Positions 1 through 10,457 of a DNA stretch of 64,000 nt are shown here, one piece after another; position 1 is the stretch's first letter; the number at the start of each line of letters is the position of its first letter. Position numbers and translations under genes: made by a program. The stretch is from Candidatus Zixiibacteriota bacterium (GTDB lineage Bacteria; Zixibacteria; MSB-5A5; CAIYYT01), in contig JADYYF010000044.1 in NCBI GenBank assembly GCA_020853795.1, forward strand, positions 1,058 through 65,057. Direction: 5' to 3'. The notes under the pieces are model-generated. The model was given only the letters and a program-made list of their open reading frames with translations. It searched no databases and was not told the DNA's origin.

Positions 1-9
1 TTGGCATAA

Positions 10-858
10 TCAGCGGAATAGTCGCAGCGTTGTCGGGGCCTTGGATGAGGGAAGGGCAAAGCGGGCTGGCTGGCCGGTGACGGCGGCTTCAGTTTGAACC
101 ATGCTGCCGGTCGTCAGATAGAATCGCGCCGGCGCAAACTGACGGCTGCCGTCCAGCGTCAACAACTCGGCGCTCAATACCCATGCGCCGGACTGCTCTT
201 CGATCTTCACCTTGATGCCGTCGCCGCGCTCAGTCTTGAGGATAGTCTCGCCTGAGCCTCCGGATGCCGGCAGCTCGGCGACGAGTTCAGACAATTCGAG
301 AACGGCCTCAGGTAACCGAAGCTCCCAGTCACTGGCCCTCGGGTTCACCAGCGGCGGACCATCGACCTGGGCTCTGCCGACGGCGTCAGTCAAGAACTCC
401 CGATGTTGGGGTGGATTGCAGACGAGGACATGATCGAACATAGCGGCGTCATCGGCAATCACCTGCAGGTGGTCGGTGCCGGCACGACCGTCGTGGACCA
501 GGCGCAGCACGACCTCCGGGCGCTCGGAGAAAAATGTCGCGACGGCGGCGGTTTCCGACTGGGTCGCCGGCGGGGGATCGGCCGCCAGCAGCCCCGGAGT
601 CTGGCGGGCTTCGCGGGCCAGAAGTTGGAGCGCGATCCGCCAGCCGCGAAGAGCCGCACTGAAGCAGGCTTCGGCTTGTCCGTGCAGCGCCGGAAGCGCC
701 GATGTTGACTCCAAGTCACTGTTGGACGACGTGCGCGTTCGCAGGCGCTCGACCAATTCGCGGCAAAACTCGCATTCCTCTACGTGGCGGGCGATTGCAG
801 TGTCCGGCGATGCGCCATTGGCGAACTTCTCAAGTTGATTCCGCGTGGGATGAAGCAT
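10..858 (-). CDS. Hypothetical protein with N-terminal zinc-binding anti-sigma-like motif (HxxxCxxC)
   Basis: N-terminus ARHVEECEFCRELV matches the zf-HC2/ZAS pattern; lies 22 nt downstream of the 881-1957 gene on the same strand. Confidence 0.55.
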   Translation of the reverse strand: MLHPTRNQLEKFANGASPDTAIARHVEECEFCRELVERLRTRTSSNSDLESTSALPALHGQAEACFSAALRGWRIALQLLAREARQTPGLLAADPPPATQSETAAVATFFSERPEVVLRLVHDGRAGTDHLQVIADDAAMFDHVLVCNPPQHREFLTDAVGRAQVDGPPLVNPRASDWELRLPEAVLELSELVAELPASGGSGETILKTERGDGIKVKIEEQSGAWVLSAELLTLDGSRQFAPARFYLTTGSMVQTEAAVTGQPARFALPSSKAPTTLRLFR

Positions 859-880
859 GACCTAATCAGGATCCCTCAGA

Positions 881-1957
881 TTACCAATAGCTCCAAATCT
901 TGCGAATTGTGGAATTATTTCGAATTCGTTCGGCAAAGTGGTCTTCTGCCTTCTTGATCAGGCTCTCGAACAGCGTCTTGTACTTTTCAACGTACAAAGC
1001 GCCAATTTCGGCCGGATGGACCTGCCGAAAATAGCTGCCATAGGAAGCCGGGTGCATGATTCCACCGTTGGTGGAATCGCGCAAGTACAATTCCGCGGCT
1101 TCCGCGTAGCGGGTTGCCTCGAGTTCGGTCAGTTTCCGCTTATCCACCCACTCGGCGAGCAGATCGTCACGGAACCATTGCAGCGTCGCCTTCAACTCTA
1201 TCTCGAATTGCTCGCGGGCCACAAACTGCATCTGACTCATTTCCGGCGACGGCATCGGCGCTTCTTCAACCATGTAACGCACATGAACCGCCGTCACCGC
1301 TGCGATCAAGTCAACTTCCCGAATGACGCTCGGATAGTTCGATTGCTCCGAAACCAATTGCAGGACATTGCGATTCCAGGATTCGACGGTGTTCGAATTG
1401 AGAAATGCCAGCTCGACGATCTGCGCCAACTGCGTGGAGGGCATCGCCGTGAGCGGCGCCAGATTGGCCGGGGCTGCCGGAGGCAGGCACCAGTATCGTT
1501 CCCGCTCGACCTCGCGCAGAAGCGCCATCGACTGGTTCTCGAGCGCTTCATAGAATCGACGTTTAAGCCGCGCCAATTGCGGATCACCATCAGCGGCGAT
1601 ATAGCCGATCTCCTTCAACGTGTAACCGCGCAGCAACCACATGTAGAGTTCGGCAAGGCGCACCGGAGCGATATTCTGGAAATCGGTGATTCCGTGCCGG
1701 ACGAAGAAGCCGAAGATGACCGGGAACGGCCGATCAGCTTCCGAAGCGAAGAACGTTCCGAGAATATCATACGCCAGATTCCCGAGCGCGTTTTTCGTGT
1801 CGGTACAGTCGATCGGCAACCGATAACCGCGCTGCGAAAGCTGGCGCAAATACGAAATCAGCTCCCGATGGGTGATCTGGAACACCAGATGGAAAGCGCG
1901 TCGATCAAAAGGATCGTGGAGAAACGAGACAAGAATTGTCGGGAGACCTGAAATCAC
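881..1957 (-). CDS. Hypothetical helical protein, possibly a highly divergent sigma-70/ECF-like factor (GTG start)
   Basis: 358-aa ORF upstream of the ZAS-like gene with its own sigma70 promoter; the sigma assignment rests on context and helical character only. Confidence 0.4.
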   Translation of the reverse strand: MISGLPTILVSFLHDPFDRRAFHLVFQITHRELISYLRQLSQRGYRLPIDCTDTKNALGNLAYDILGTFFASEADRPFPVIFGFFVRHGITDFQNIAPVRLAELYMWLLRGYTLKEIGYIAADGDPQLARLKRRFYEALENQSMALLREVERERYWCLPPAAPANLAPLTAMPSTQLAQIVELAFLNSNTVESWNRNVLQLVSEQSNYPSVIREVDLIAAVTAVHVRYMVEEAPMPSPEMSQMQFVAREQFEIELKATLQWFRDDLLAEWVDKRKLTELEATRYAEAAELYLRDSTNGGIMHPASYGSYFRQVHPAEIGALYVEKYKTLFESLIKKAEDHFAERIRNNSTIRKIWSYW

Positions 1958-2033
1958 AACGTTCTACACTGCTCTGCCGTTTTTCCGCTCATGCCGCCCT
2001 TACGGCCGACACCCGATATGTTAGGACTTTCTC

Positions 2034-2062
2034 AATATAACCGCTGGGTATGATTTGGTCAA
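2034..2062 (-). promoter_or_regulatory. sigma70-type promoter TTGACC-N17-TATATT for the 1957/858 operon
   Basis: Plus strand has GGTCAA at 2057-2062 and AATATA at 2034-2039, 17-nt spacer. Confidence 0.65.
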
Positions 2063-2109
2063 GTACTTGGACAAATCATCACGAGCGACGGGTGGGGTGA
2101 GTCTGGACG

Positions 2110-4359
2110 CTATAAGCGCAACAGGTACTGAAACTTGAAGAAGAACTGCCGGCCTGAGAGTGCCAAGTCCTCAGAGTTCGGCAAATTCTGATAGTTGTGG
2201 GCCGAGCCGGCATAGAAGATGGTAAAGGGGTTAAATTTATAGCTGATCAGAGGTTCGATGTTGAGGACGCGGTCAAAATTATCATACTGGACGATCAGGC
2301 GAAGAAACCACTCGCGAGTAAACTGGTAGTTCAGCTTGGTTCGCAATACATAACCAGCGTAAATCTTGCGACCGTCGGCGAAGCTTAGCTCTGAATACCC
2401 GTACTCCGGCTGCACAACCAAGCGCTCGAATGACTTGATGGATGCCACTGCCTCATACTCCCAGCCGCGTCCGAGCACCGGGGGCTCCACGCGGCGGGCA
2501 ATGTAGCGGATTTTTTTCGCCTGTAGTTCGACTGTAACCGCGTCGATGAACCGGCTGCTGACGCCGACGCGATAGTCGCGAATGCCGGGGAAGAAGATAC
2601 CCTGATAGGTCTCGCGACTGAAGAGATATCCCAGTTCGAGCGTCGTTTGAGCCGGGAAAAGCAGCACCATCTCCGGCGATACCCACTCGTCCTTGCGCTT
2701 GCCCGCGTAATTCCAGATTCGCCCCAGTGCGATCGAAGTTGAGACTTCCTTCACAACCTTGCGATTGGGTCGGAAGAACAGCCCGGTCCAGACGTCGCCT
2801 TCGCGCTGGTTGTTCCGGAAAACGAAACCATTGTCGGCGCGAAAAGTCGAACTGGCACCACGGTAGCTCAATTCCAGGTTCCAGACGCGGGCCTCGCGTT
2901 CCAGACCGGCATAAATCAGGCTGCCCCAGTATTTCTCGCCGTCGAACGCGGCCGTGTGGCGGCCGCGATTGAAAGTCGCATTATCGCCGGCTCCGTACAA
3001 GTCAGAATCAGCCGGCTCTACCGTACGGCTCGCCAGCAGTTGGCCGACCAGCCGATAGTTTTTGAGAAATCGTAAACTGACATCCGCGCCGGCGACCGAG
3101 CCTGATCCGCCGTTATCGAGGCGGCGATCAGTGATAATGGCGCCGACATAGGAATCCTCGCCAATCGATTGGCGCACGCGGCCAATGTTCGACACGCTCT
3201 TGCCGGCCGTAACGATATCGGTATGTTCGTCGAAGGGCAGGATGATCGGGGAGATTTCGTCCCGTGCGCCGACGTAGCCGACTGTCGTCTTTGGCGTCGC
3301 CCGACCGGTCAACTTCGCGGCGATCAGAGGATCATTCAGCGAGCGGGTATAGACCACGTCCGTGAACGTGCGGAAGACATCCGAGCCTTCCTGAAAGAAC
3401 GGTCGTTTCTCGGGATAGAATAGCGCAAAGTTGTTGTTTACGTCGATCTGTGCGGCATCTGATTCGACCTGGCTGAAGTCGGGATTGATGGCGATGTCGG
3501 CCGTCAGATCGGAACTCAACAGATAGCGCAGATTCAGCGAGGCCTCTCCATCGGGATTCTCATGCTTAAGTCCGGCACGCAAATCCTCCAGGTTTTCAGG
3601 TACGGAGTACTGGTAGCCGACCAGTGACGGTAATGCCTCGAGACGGCTCCCCGGCGCCGCACCTTCGATGCCGGTCAGGTAGCCAAACTGACACGGGAAG
3701 CACGGCTCGTCGCGGTCAATCGCGGCCCAGGTCGAGCGCTCGCGGCTGGAGCGCGACCGATTGCGCCAGAACGTTGCCCGCCACTCCTGCACCGGCCGAT
3801 GCGGAAAACGGAGACTGCTGAACGGGATGGCGACTTCCGCCTGCCAACCCTGCGTCGTCAACTTCCCCCGTGACTCAAAGACGATGTCGAAGGTCATCTC
3901 CTCCTCGCCGTCACTCAGCATTTTAAGGTCGCCTTGCAGTCCGTAGGGGTTGACGAAAATCTCGTACGCCCAGGCCGCATCGCCATAGGTGTCGAGGATG
4001 ATACCAATGTAATCGTCGGAGAAGATTTCGTCGCGATCGCGCATCGTCACGCGCACCGTTGTCGGGTCGTCGTAGCAGATGAAGGCGAGATAGAAATTCT
4101 CGGCGTCGTAGGTTACCAATACCTCGGTCGCAACCGGCGGTTTCACCTTGTCACCCGGCGTGTGCTCAGCGAAGTTCTCGGCCTTGGCAGCGCCGATCCA
4201 GCCGGCGTCGTCGATCTCCCCGTCGATTGTGATCGCGCCGGCGGCACGTCCGACCGCCAATCGTGGTTTCTCATTAGGCACAAATGGCGTCTGTGCGAAA
4301 GATGCGGCGGTACTGCAGAGCAGGAGCAGAAGTGCAATCGTCAATTGCGAGTAGTTCAT
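2110..4359 (-). CDS. Outer-membrane protein with N-terminal CBM9-like domain and DUF5916-type beta-barrel
   Basis: Signal peptide; ITIDGEIDDAGW; INPDFSQVESD and FYPEKRPFFQEG motifs typical of DUF5916 proteins; amphipathic C-terminal strand FFFKFQYLLRL. Confidence 0.75.
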   Translation of the reverse strand: MNYSQLTIALLLLLCSTAASFAQTPFVPNEKPRLAVGRAAGAITIDGEIDDAGWIGAAKAENFAEHTPGDKVKPPVATEVLVTYDAENFYLAFICYDDPTTVRVTMRDRDEIFSDDYIGIILDTYGDAAWAYEIFVNPYGLQGDLKMLSDGEEEMTFDIVFESRGKLTTQGWQAEVAIPFSSLRFPHRPVQEWRATFWRNRSRSSRERSTWAAIDRDEPCFPCQFGYLTGIEGAAPGSRLEALPSLVGYQYSVPENLEDLRAGLKHENPDGEASLNLRYLLSSDLTADIAINPDFSQVESDAAQIDVNNNFALFYPEKRPFFQEGSDVFRTFTDVVYTRSLNDPLIAAKLTGRATPKTTVGYVGARDEISPIILPFDEHTDIVTAGKSVSNIGRVRQSIGEDSYVGAIITDRRLDNGGSGSVAGADVSLRFLKNYRLVGQLLASRTVEPADSDLYGAGDNATFNRGRHTAAFDGEKYWGSLIYAGLEREARVWNLELSYRGASSTFRADNGFVFRNNQREGDVWTGLFFRPNRKVVKEVSTSIALGRIWNYAGKRKDEWVSPEMVLLFPAQTTLELGYLFSRETYQGIFFPGIRDYRVGVSSRFIDAVTVELQAKKIRYIARRVEPPVLGRGWEYEAVASIKSFERLVVQPEYGYSELSFADGRKIYAGYVLRTKLNYQFTREWFLRLIVQYDNFDRVLNIEPLISYKFNPFTIFYAGSAHNYQNLPNSEDLALSGRQFFFKFQYLLRL

Positions 4360-4430
4360 GGTATGTCGCTATTTACGAAGCTAGCGCCTTCAAGTTGCGC
4401 CTTTGTTGTCACCGTAGACGCAGAGACAAA

Positions 4431-4458
4431 GAGGCCGGAGTCGATCGACTCCGGCCTC
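4431..4458 (-). terminator. Intrinsic terminator of the nucleotide-sugar operon (perfect 28-bp palindrome)
   Basis: GAGGCCGGAGTCGA/TCGACTCCGGCCTC, followed on the minus strand by TTTG, 30 nt after the stop at 4489. Confidence 0.7.
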
Positions 4459-4488
4459 ATTCAATGCGATCGGACTTGCGAGTCTGCG

Positions 4489-5805
4489 CTACAACCGCTC
4501 GATTTTGCGGCGATTGCGCCGGACCTTCTTGGTGGCATTACGCGTATCGAACACTGCCTGCGAGTTATCGACGATCCACTGGTAGTCGTAATCCGAATGG
4601 TCGGTGATGATAATCGTCAGATCAGCGCTCTTGAGCAGCGCCGCCGTCAGTTTGGTGGATTTCAAATCAAGTCGGTGGTGTTCGTCAAAGCGGATCCGCG
4701 GGACGTACGGGTCGTTGTAGAAGACCTTGGCGCCGGCCTTCTGTAACAGGTTCAGGCAGTCCAATGCCGGTGATTCGCGAACATCCGCAATGTCACGCTT
4801 GTACGCCACGCCCAGCACGACCACTCGCGATCCGTTGAGCGAACGCTTCCGGCGGTTGAGATTGCGAGTAACTCGTTCCAGCACGTACTCCGGCATGTGC
4901 GAATTGACGTCGCCCGCCAGCTCGATGAAGCGAGAATAGTAATTCAGACTCTTCAGTTTCCACGACAGGTAATGCGGGTCGATCGGGATGCAGTGGCCGC
5001 CCAATCCCGGCCCCGGGTAGAAGGGCATGAACCCAAACGGTTTGGTCGTGGCCGCTTCAATAATCTCCCAGACGTTCAGTTTCAGGCGATCGCACATCAG
5101 CGCCACCTCGTTCACCAGTCCGATATTCACCGATCGGAAGGTGTTTTCCAGCAGTTTCACCATCTCCGCCGCTTGCGTCGAGCTGACGATATGAACGCGG
5201 TTGATCGCCGCTTCGTAAAAGATCTTTGCCATCTGCTGGCACTTCGGTGTGTGCCCGCCTACCACCCGCGGCGTGTTCTTGGTCTGATAAATGGCGTTGC
5301 CGGGGTCAACCCGTTCCGGGCTGAAAGCGAGATAGAAATCCTTGCCGACTTTCAGGCCGGTTTCTTCCAGTTGGGGCAGAATCAGTTCTTCCGTCGTGCC
5401 CGGGTAGGTAGTTGATTCCAGCACCACCAACATTCCGGGATGGAGGAACTTCTTTACCTGGGCAACCGCAGTGAGGATGTAGGAGACATCCGGATCCTTG
5501 GTTTTCGACAGCGGCGTCGGCACGCAGATCGTGCAGACATCACAATAGCGCATCTGCGAGAAGTCGCCGGTGGCCCGCAGTTTCTTGGCATTGACGGCTT
5601 TCTTCACTTCGCGCGCCGGCACGTCACCGATATCCGAACCTCCGGCGTTGATCAGCTTGATCTTGGCTTGCGAGATTTCAAAGCCGACCACGCGATAGCC
5701 GGCATGAATGTACTCGATCGCGAGCGGCAGGCCGACATAACCCAGGCCAATCACGCCGACGACGGCCGATCTGTCTTTCAGTTTCTGCGCCAATTGATTT
5801 TTCAA
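4489..5805 (-). CDS. Nucleotide-sugar dehydrogenase (UDP-GlcNAc 6-dehydrogenase, WbpA/TviB family)
   Basis: GLGYVGLP Rossmann motif, ICVPTPL, FSPERVDPGN, KLLENTFRSVNI, GPGLGGHCIPIDP. Confidence 0.9.
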   Translation of the reverse strand: MKNQLAQKLKDRSAVVGVIGLGYVGLPLAIEYIHAGYRVVGFEISQAKIKLINAGGSDIGDVPAREVKKAVNAKKLRATGDFSQMRYCDVCTICVPTPLSKTKDPDVSYILTAVAQVKKFLHPGMLVVLESTTYPGTTEELILPQLEETGLKVGKDFYLAFSPERVDPGNAIYQTKNTPRVVGGHTPKCQQMAKIFYEAAINRVHIVSSTQAAEMVKLLENTFRSVNIGLVNEVALMCDRLKLNVWEIIEAATTKPFGFMPFYPGPGLGGHCIPIDPHYLSWKLKSLNYYSRFIELAGDVNSHMPEYVLERVTRNLNRRKRSLNGSRVVVLGVAYKRDIADVRESPALDCLNLLQKAGAKVFYNDPYVPRIRFDEHHRLDLKSTKLTAALLKSADLTIIITDHSDYDYQWIVDNSQAVFDTRNATKKVRRNRRKIERL

Positions 5806-6749
5806 TTCATCCTCCAGTATTCCAGAGTATCGAGCAGCGTCTGCTCGATCCGATATCTCGGCCGAAAGCCAAGTTCCTTCCTTGCTTTGGTAATGTTGCC
5901 GACCAACAGCGGCACTTCGACCGGCCGGATTAATGCCTGGTCGACCCTGACTGTTATTTCGGCATTTGCCATCTTCGTCAATAGCTCCAGATAGTTGCGG
6001 ATCCGGTCGGCTTTGCCGCTGGCGAGAATATACGCCTCGCCGACCACGCCGCGTTTGGCCGCCAGGCGGTAGCCCTCGACAATGTCGCGAACGTCCGCCA
6101 GATCGCGTTTGGCCGATAGGTCGCCTACCTTGATCACGCCCCGCTTCCGTCCGCGCTCAATCTTGGCAATCTGCGAGCAAAAATCAGGGATCACGTACCC
6201 GGTCGCCTGCCGCGGGCCGGTATGGTTGAAAGCACGAACCCTCACGACCGGCAGACCATAGGCGCGATAGTACTGATACGATAAGATGTCGGCGGCCGCC
6301 TTGGAAGCGCCATACGGCGACACCGGCCGCAACGGATAGTCGGGCTTAATCGGCATCTTCTCCGGCGGCACGGGACCATAAATATCAGCCGAAGACACAA
6401 ACACGATTTTTTTTGTCGACTTACATCCCCGAAGAGTCTCATAGAGGCGTGCTGTACCCATCAGGTTGACTTCAAGAGTTTCTATTGGGCGCGAGAATGA
6501 TGGGCCCACGGCCGCCAGGGCCGCGAGGTGGAACACCCAATCGGGGCGATAATCGGCGAGGAATTTCTTAAGAATGGCCGTGTCCTCAAGACTGGCCTGT
6601 ACAATTTTGACTTGGTCGGCAACGGCACGGATGTTGTGGCGGGACTCCCCGCGCAAGGTTGTTCCGGCAACCTCGATGCCGTGGGCGAGCAGATTCTCGG
6701 CGAGGTGGGAACCGGCAAACCCGGTCACTCCGGTAATGAATGCCCTCAT
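5802..6749 (-). CDS. rmd: GDP-4-keto-6-deoxy-D-mannose reductase (Rmd-like extended SDR)
   Basis: True start [13 protein letters not shown] at 6749 (ATGA overlap with gmd stop); YGASK catalytic motif; [10 protein letters not shown]; adjacent to gmd. Confidence 0.7.
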   Translation of the reverse strand: MRAFITGVTGFAGSHLAENLLAHGIEVAGTTLRGESRHNIRAVADQVKIVQASLEDTAILKKFLADYRPDWVFHLAALAAVGPSFSRPIETLEVNLMGTARLYETLRGCKSTKKIVFVSSADIYGPVPPEKMPIKPDYPLRPVSPYGASKAAADILSYQYYRAYGLPVVRVRAFNHTGPRQATGYVIPDFCSQIAKIERGRKRGVIKVGDLSAKRDLADVRDIVEGYRLAAKRGVVGEAYILASGKADRIRNYLELLTKMANAEITVRVDQALIRPVEVPLLVGNITKARKELGFRPRYRIEQTLLDTLEYWRMN

Positions 6750-7714
6750 ACCCTCTGTCTTTTGTTCAACAGTGCCAGATCGGCATCGACCATCATCTCC
6801 ACAAGTTGGCGGAAAGAAACCTTGGGTTGCCATCCAAGTTTCGTACGGGCGTGGGTCGAGTCACCCAGCAGAATATCGACCTCTGCCGGCCGGACGAAGC
6901 GCTGGTCAACCTTGACATACTGCTTATAATCCAGATCGACATGGCCGAACGCGATCTCGCAGAACTCGCGCACCGAATGATTCTCATTGGAGGAGATGAC
7001 GAAATTGTCCGGTTCCGGCAACTGCAACATCCGCCACATGGCGTCAACGTAGTCGCCGGCATATCCCCAGTCGCGCTTGGCGTCAAGGTTGCCCAGGTAT
7101 AGCACGTCGGTCAACCCCAGCTTGATTGCGGCTGCGCCGTAAGAGATTTTGCGGGTCACAAATTCCAGTCCGCGCCGCGGTGATTCGTGGTTAAAGAGGA
7201 TGCCGGACGAGGCATGTATGCCATACGATTCCCGGTAGTTGACCGTGATGAAATGACCATACACCTTGGCGACACCATACGGCGAACGCGGGTAGAACGG
7301 CGTCTTTTCAGTCTGGGGAACCTCCTGCACCTTGCCGAACATCTCCGATGACGACGCCTGATAGAATTTGATTTTGCGGTCAACCTTGCGGATCGCTTCC
7401 AGCAGTTTGGTCACGCCGAGCGCGTCAAACTCGCCGGTGAGGACCGGCTGCGACCATGATGTCGGCACGAACGATTGCGCGGCCAGATTGTAGACCTCGG
7501 CCGGGCGCAGCTCTTCGATCAGTCCTAGCATTGACATCTGGTCGAACAGGTCGGCCTGCACCAGATGAATGCGACCCTTGATGTGATTGATCCGCTCGAA
7601 ATTCTCGGTGGAGGATCGGCGCACCATGCCGAAAACATCGTAGCCCTTTTCGAGCAGCAACTCGGCGAGGTACGAGCCGTCTTGGCCGGTCACTCCGGTA
7701 ATTAATGCACGCAT
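6746..7714 (-). CDS. gmd: GDP-mannose 4,6-dehydratase
   Basis: [64 protein letters not shown]. Confidence 0.95.
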   Translation of the reverse strand: MRALITGVTGQDGSYLAELLLEKGYDVFGMVRRSSTENFERINHIKGRIHLVQADLFDQMSMLGLIEELRPAEVYNLAAQSFVPTSWSQPVLTGEFDALGVTKLLEAIRKVDRKIKFYQASSSEMFGKVQEVPQTEKTPFYPRSPYGVAKVYGHFITVNYRESYGIHASSGILFNHESPRRGLEFVTRKISYGAAAIKLGLTDVLYLGNLDAKRDWGYAGDYVDAMWRMLQLPEPDNFVISSNENHSVREFCEIAFGHVDLDYKQYVKVDQRFVRPAEVDILLGDSTHARTKLGWQPKVSFRQLVEMMVDADLALLNKRQRV

Positions 7715-7742
7715 TTCCTACTCCCGTCTTCGGGTTGCGGGG

Positions 7743-7771
7743 AATATGATGGCCACCCGCATTAAAGTCAA
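7743..7771 (-). promoter_or_regulatory. sigma70-type promoter TTGACT-N17-CATATT for gmd-rmd-dehydrogenase
   Basis: Plus strand AGTCAA 7766-7771 and AATATG 7743-7748, 17-nt spacer. Confidence 0.6.
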
Positions 7772-7863
7772 GCTGGGAGAGCTTGTGGCGATCGATCCCT
7801 CAATATACACTTTGGCGGCTGTTCCGTTTGCCGAAATGCCTCACGCAAACTATATATAGCGCG

Positions 7864-8298
7864 ATGACCAGACAACTGCTCCTACGCCGGATTTTACCCA
7901 TCCTCTATGCTCTCGCGATCATCACGCTGTCTTCAATGCCCAATGCCCAGCCGCCGTCGTTTGAGATTCCCAATATCGACAAGTTTTATCACTGTCTGGA
8001 ATACTTCATCTTCGGTTGTCTGGTGTTTCGGGCATTTCCCGGCATTGAGGCCTCCCGGAAGCGGATTTGGCTCTACCTTCTGTTGTTCGCGTTCGGACTG
8101 GCTTACGCCGGTTTGGACGAAACTGTGCAGTCGTTTGTGCCGAATCGCGATTCCTCCCTTGGCGATTGGCTGGCCGATGCCACCGGCTATTGTTTGGCCG
8201 GTATTTGCGTTGTTGCTTTCCGCGCCCGCCGTCGCCATAATGATGTTGACGCGGAGCACCGGGCACAACCGGCTGCGCCGGAAGAAGAGTGGAGATGA
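7864..8298 (+). CDS. VanZ-family membrane protein
   Basis: DKFYHCLEYFIFG, DETVQSFVPNRDSSLGDWLAD; ATG at 7864 preferred to the track start 7783. Confidence 0.8.
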   Translation: MTRQLLLRRILPILYALAIITLSSMPNAQPPSFEIPNIDKFYHCLEYFIFGCLVFRAFPGIEASRKRIWLYLLLFAFGLAYAGLDETVQSFVPNRDSSLGDWLADATGYCLAGICVVAFRARRRHNDVDAEHRAQPAAPEEEWR

Positions 8299-8300
8299 GT

Positions 8301-9557
8301 ATGAAGTATCAACGAATCAAGGGCACTTTCGATATCCTCCCTGATGAGTCCCCCAAATGGATTCACCTTGAAAAGGTCGTCCGCGAAGTGATGCGGCGAT
8401 TCAACTACTCCGAAGTCCGCCCCCCGCTGTTTGAAATGACCGAGTTGTTTGCCCGCGGAATTGGCGAAGGCACGGATCTCGTCTCGAAAGAGATGTTCAC
8501 ATTCACGGACATGGGTGGGCGCAGCCTGACGCTGCGGCCGGAAGCGACCGCTTCGGTCGTGCGCGCCTACATCGAGGAATCCCTGGGCAAACAGGCGCCG
8601 CTGACCAAAGTCTTCTACATCGGGCCGATGTTTCGGCAGGAGAAACCGCAGAAGGGTCGCCAACGGCAGTTTCATCAGTTTGGCGCCGAGGCGATTGGCG
8701 CGGCCGATCCGCGTATCGATGCGGAGATCATCGCTATCAGCGTGCAGATCCTGCAGGAGTGCGGCATCGAGAAGTATGAAGTGGCAATCAATTCTGTGGC
8801 GACGCCGGAAATTCGGGCTCGGCATCGGGTGGAGTTGCTCAAATACATCGAGCCGCGTGCTGCCGATTTATCTGCCGTCGATCGCGAGAAGATCACCCGC
8901 AATCCGTTGCGCTTGTTCGATAGCAAAGAAAAGTCGACGCGCGAAATCATGCTGGATGCCCCGCTGCTGTCGAAATTCTACGACGATGCCGTCAACCGCG
9001 ACTTCGAGATCGTCATGGCAGCGCTGGAGAAGCTGGGCGTGCCGTTTGTCGTCGACCCCCGCCTGGTGCGCGGTCTCGACTACTACACGCGCACCGCTTT
9101 TGAAGTGCGCTCATCGCTGCTGGGTGCACAGGACGCGCTCTCCGGCGGCGGTCGCTACGATCTGCTGGTTGCCGAATTGGGCGGCGATCCGACACCGGCT
9201 GTGGGGTTCGCGGCCGGTATGGAAAGGACGCTGCTGGCGATGGAAGCCACCGGATTCAAGGGACTGGAGGCCAGTCTGCTGGACTTGTTCATCGTGGCTG
9301 TCAACGAGGACGAACGGCGCGAAGCGCTGACTTTGGCCGGCAGGCTGCGCGAGGCCGGGATTTCTGTTGACCTCGATTTTTTGGGCCGCTCGCAGAAAGC
9401 GCAGATGAAGGAAGCCGCGCGCCAGCGGGCGCGATTCGCGATTCTGGTCTTTTCGGATGACCTGGCGACACAGCAATATACGATCAAGAACTTGGCTTCC
9501 GGTGAACAGGAAAGGCTGCCGTACGCCGGACTGATGCGGGTCATTGTATCGGTGTGA
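8301..9557 (+). CDS. hisS: Histidine--tRNA ligase
   Basis: KGTFDILP, LRPEATASVVRA, FRQEKPQKGRQRQFHQFG, LVRGLDYYTRTAFE, GGGRYD; GGAG RBS at 8291-8294. Confidence 0.97.
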   Translation: MKYQRIKGTFDILPDESPKWIHLEKVVREVMRRFNYSEVRPPLFEMTELFARGIGEGTDLVSKEMFTFTDMGGRSLTLRPEATASVVRAYIEESLGKQAPLTKVFYIGPMFRQEKPQKGRQRQFHQFGAEAIGAADPRIDAEIIAISVQILQECGIEKYEVAINSVATPEIRARHRVELLKYIEPRAADLSAVDREKITRNPLRLFDSKEKSTREIMLDAPLLSKFYDDAVNRDFEIVMAALEKLGVPFVVDPRLVRGLDYYTRTAFEVRSSLLGAQDALSGGGRYDLLVAELGGDPTPAVGFAAGMERTLLAMEATGFKGLEASLLDLFIVAVNEDERREALTLAGRLREAGISVDLDFLGRSQKAQMKEAARQRARFAILVFSDDLATQQYTIKNLASGEQERLPYAGLMRVIVSV

Positions 9558-9566
9558 GGTGCGCTG

Positions 9567-10454
9567 TCAGTTGGTGAATTCCTGCGAAGTCTTGCGGATG
9601 TTGTCGATCACTTCATCGTAGTACGGCTTCTCCTTGAGACTGGCATAGGCGCCGGGGAAGAGCACCACGGTAATCTCCGCTGACATCTCCGAGAAATTGT
9701 TCATGATGACGGCGAAGCGCTGGCCGTTCGGCAGGCGGGTATTGTCGATCATCGGAAAATCATAGAAGCCGACGCTAAAGGCGACGTTCTTGGAAATCGG
9801 ATCGCCGGACCCGTTATAGCTGCGCACGGTGACGTCGAGGCGCAGTTCTTTGGCCTCAAAATCCACTCCAACGACGTCGACCGTCAGGGCCGTCGTGGCG
9901 CTGTCGAGCGACAGCTCCGCCGTTTCCAGTGTCGCGTCCTCGAAGTCCGGCCCCAGCTCAAAACCCCAGTCTTTTTTCACGCCGACGCCTTCAAGCACGA
10001 TCATTTGCTTCTTGGTGATCTCGCGGGCCACGCGCTCCAGCCGCTGCTGGTAGGCCTGATAACGCGCGATCGTATCGGGACGATTCTCGTGCTTGAGTCG
10101 CTCGCTCAAGCTCTGGCGCAAGTCCGTAAAGAGCGGTTTAAGATTCAGCGACTCATGGAAGTTGTAGGCAAGCAATTCAAGGTTTAGTACCGCTGCACCG
10201 ACGGTTGATTCCTGCGGCCGCAGAAACGTGCCGATGATCGAAACGAACATGTCCTTGCGCAGCGCGCTCTCAGACTGCTCGCGATTGCTCATCAGCTCTG
10301 AATAAAGCCGGGTGTTGGCATCAATCGACTGCTGGCGTTCCAGGTATTGGGAGGTGAAGAAACCCAGCATGGCGATCGCCACAGCCGTCAGGAGTCCGCC
10401 TAACGGCTGGAGTATGACCGCCAATTTGTCCCAGAAGTCGCGTTGATGCTCCAT
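9567..10454 (-). CDS. Hypothetical protein with N-terminal transmembrane anchor
   Basis: 295-aa ORF with host-like codon usage; hydrophobic segment LAVILQPLGGLLTAVAIAMLGFF. Confidence 0.6.
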   Translation of the reverse strand: MEHQRDFWDKLAVILQPLGGLLTAVAIAMLGFFTSQYLERQQSIDANTRLYSELMSNREQSESALRKDMFVSIIGTFLRPQESTVGAAVLNLELLAYNFHESLNLKPLFTDLRQSLSERLKHENRPDTIARYQAYQQRLERVAREITKKQMIVLEGVGVKKDWGFELGPDFEDATLETAELSLDSATTALTVDVVGVDFEAKELRLDVTVRSYNGSGDPISKNVAFSVGFYDFPMIDNTRLPNGQRFAVIMNNFSEMSAEITVVLFPGAYASLKEKPYYDEVIDNIRKTSQEFTN

Positions 10455-10457
10455 CGT

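Noticed and set aside
938-1951. Long opposite-strand or out-of-frame ORFs (for example 938-1951, 13807-14721, 19219-20262, 44541-45803, 50820-51905, 60041-61189)
   Set aside because: They shadow well-supported genes; long antisense frames are expected at this GC content and they show no motifs
4431-4458. Perfect 28-bp palindrome as a REP or MITE element
   Set aside because: Single copy in the window; position and T-tract fit an intrinsic terminator
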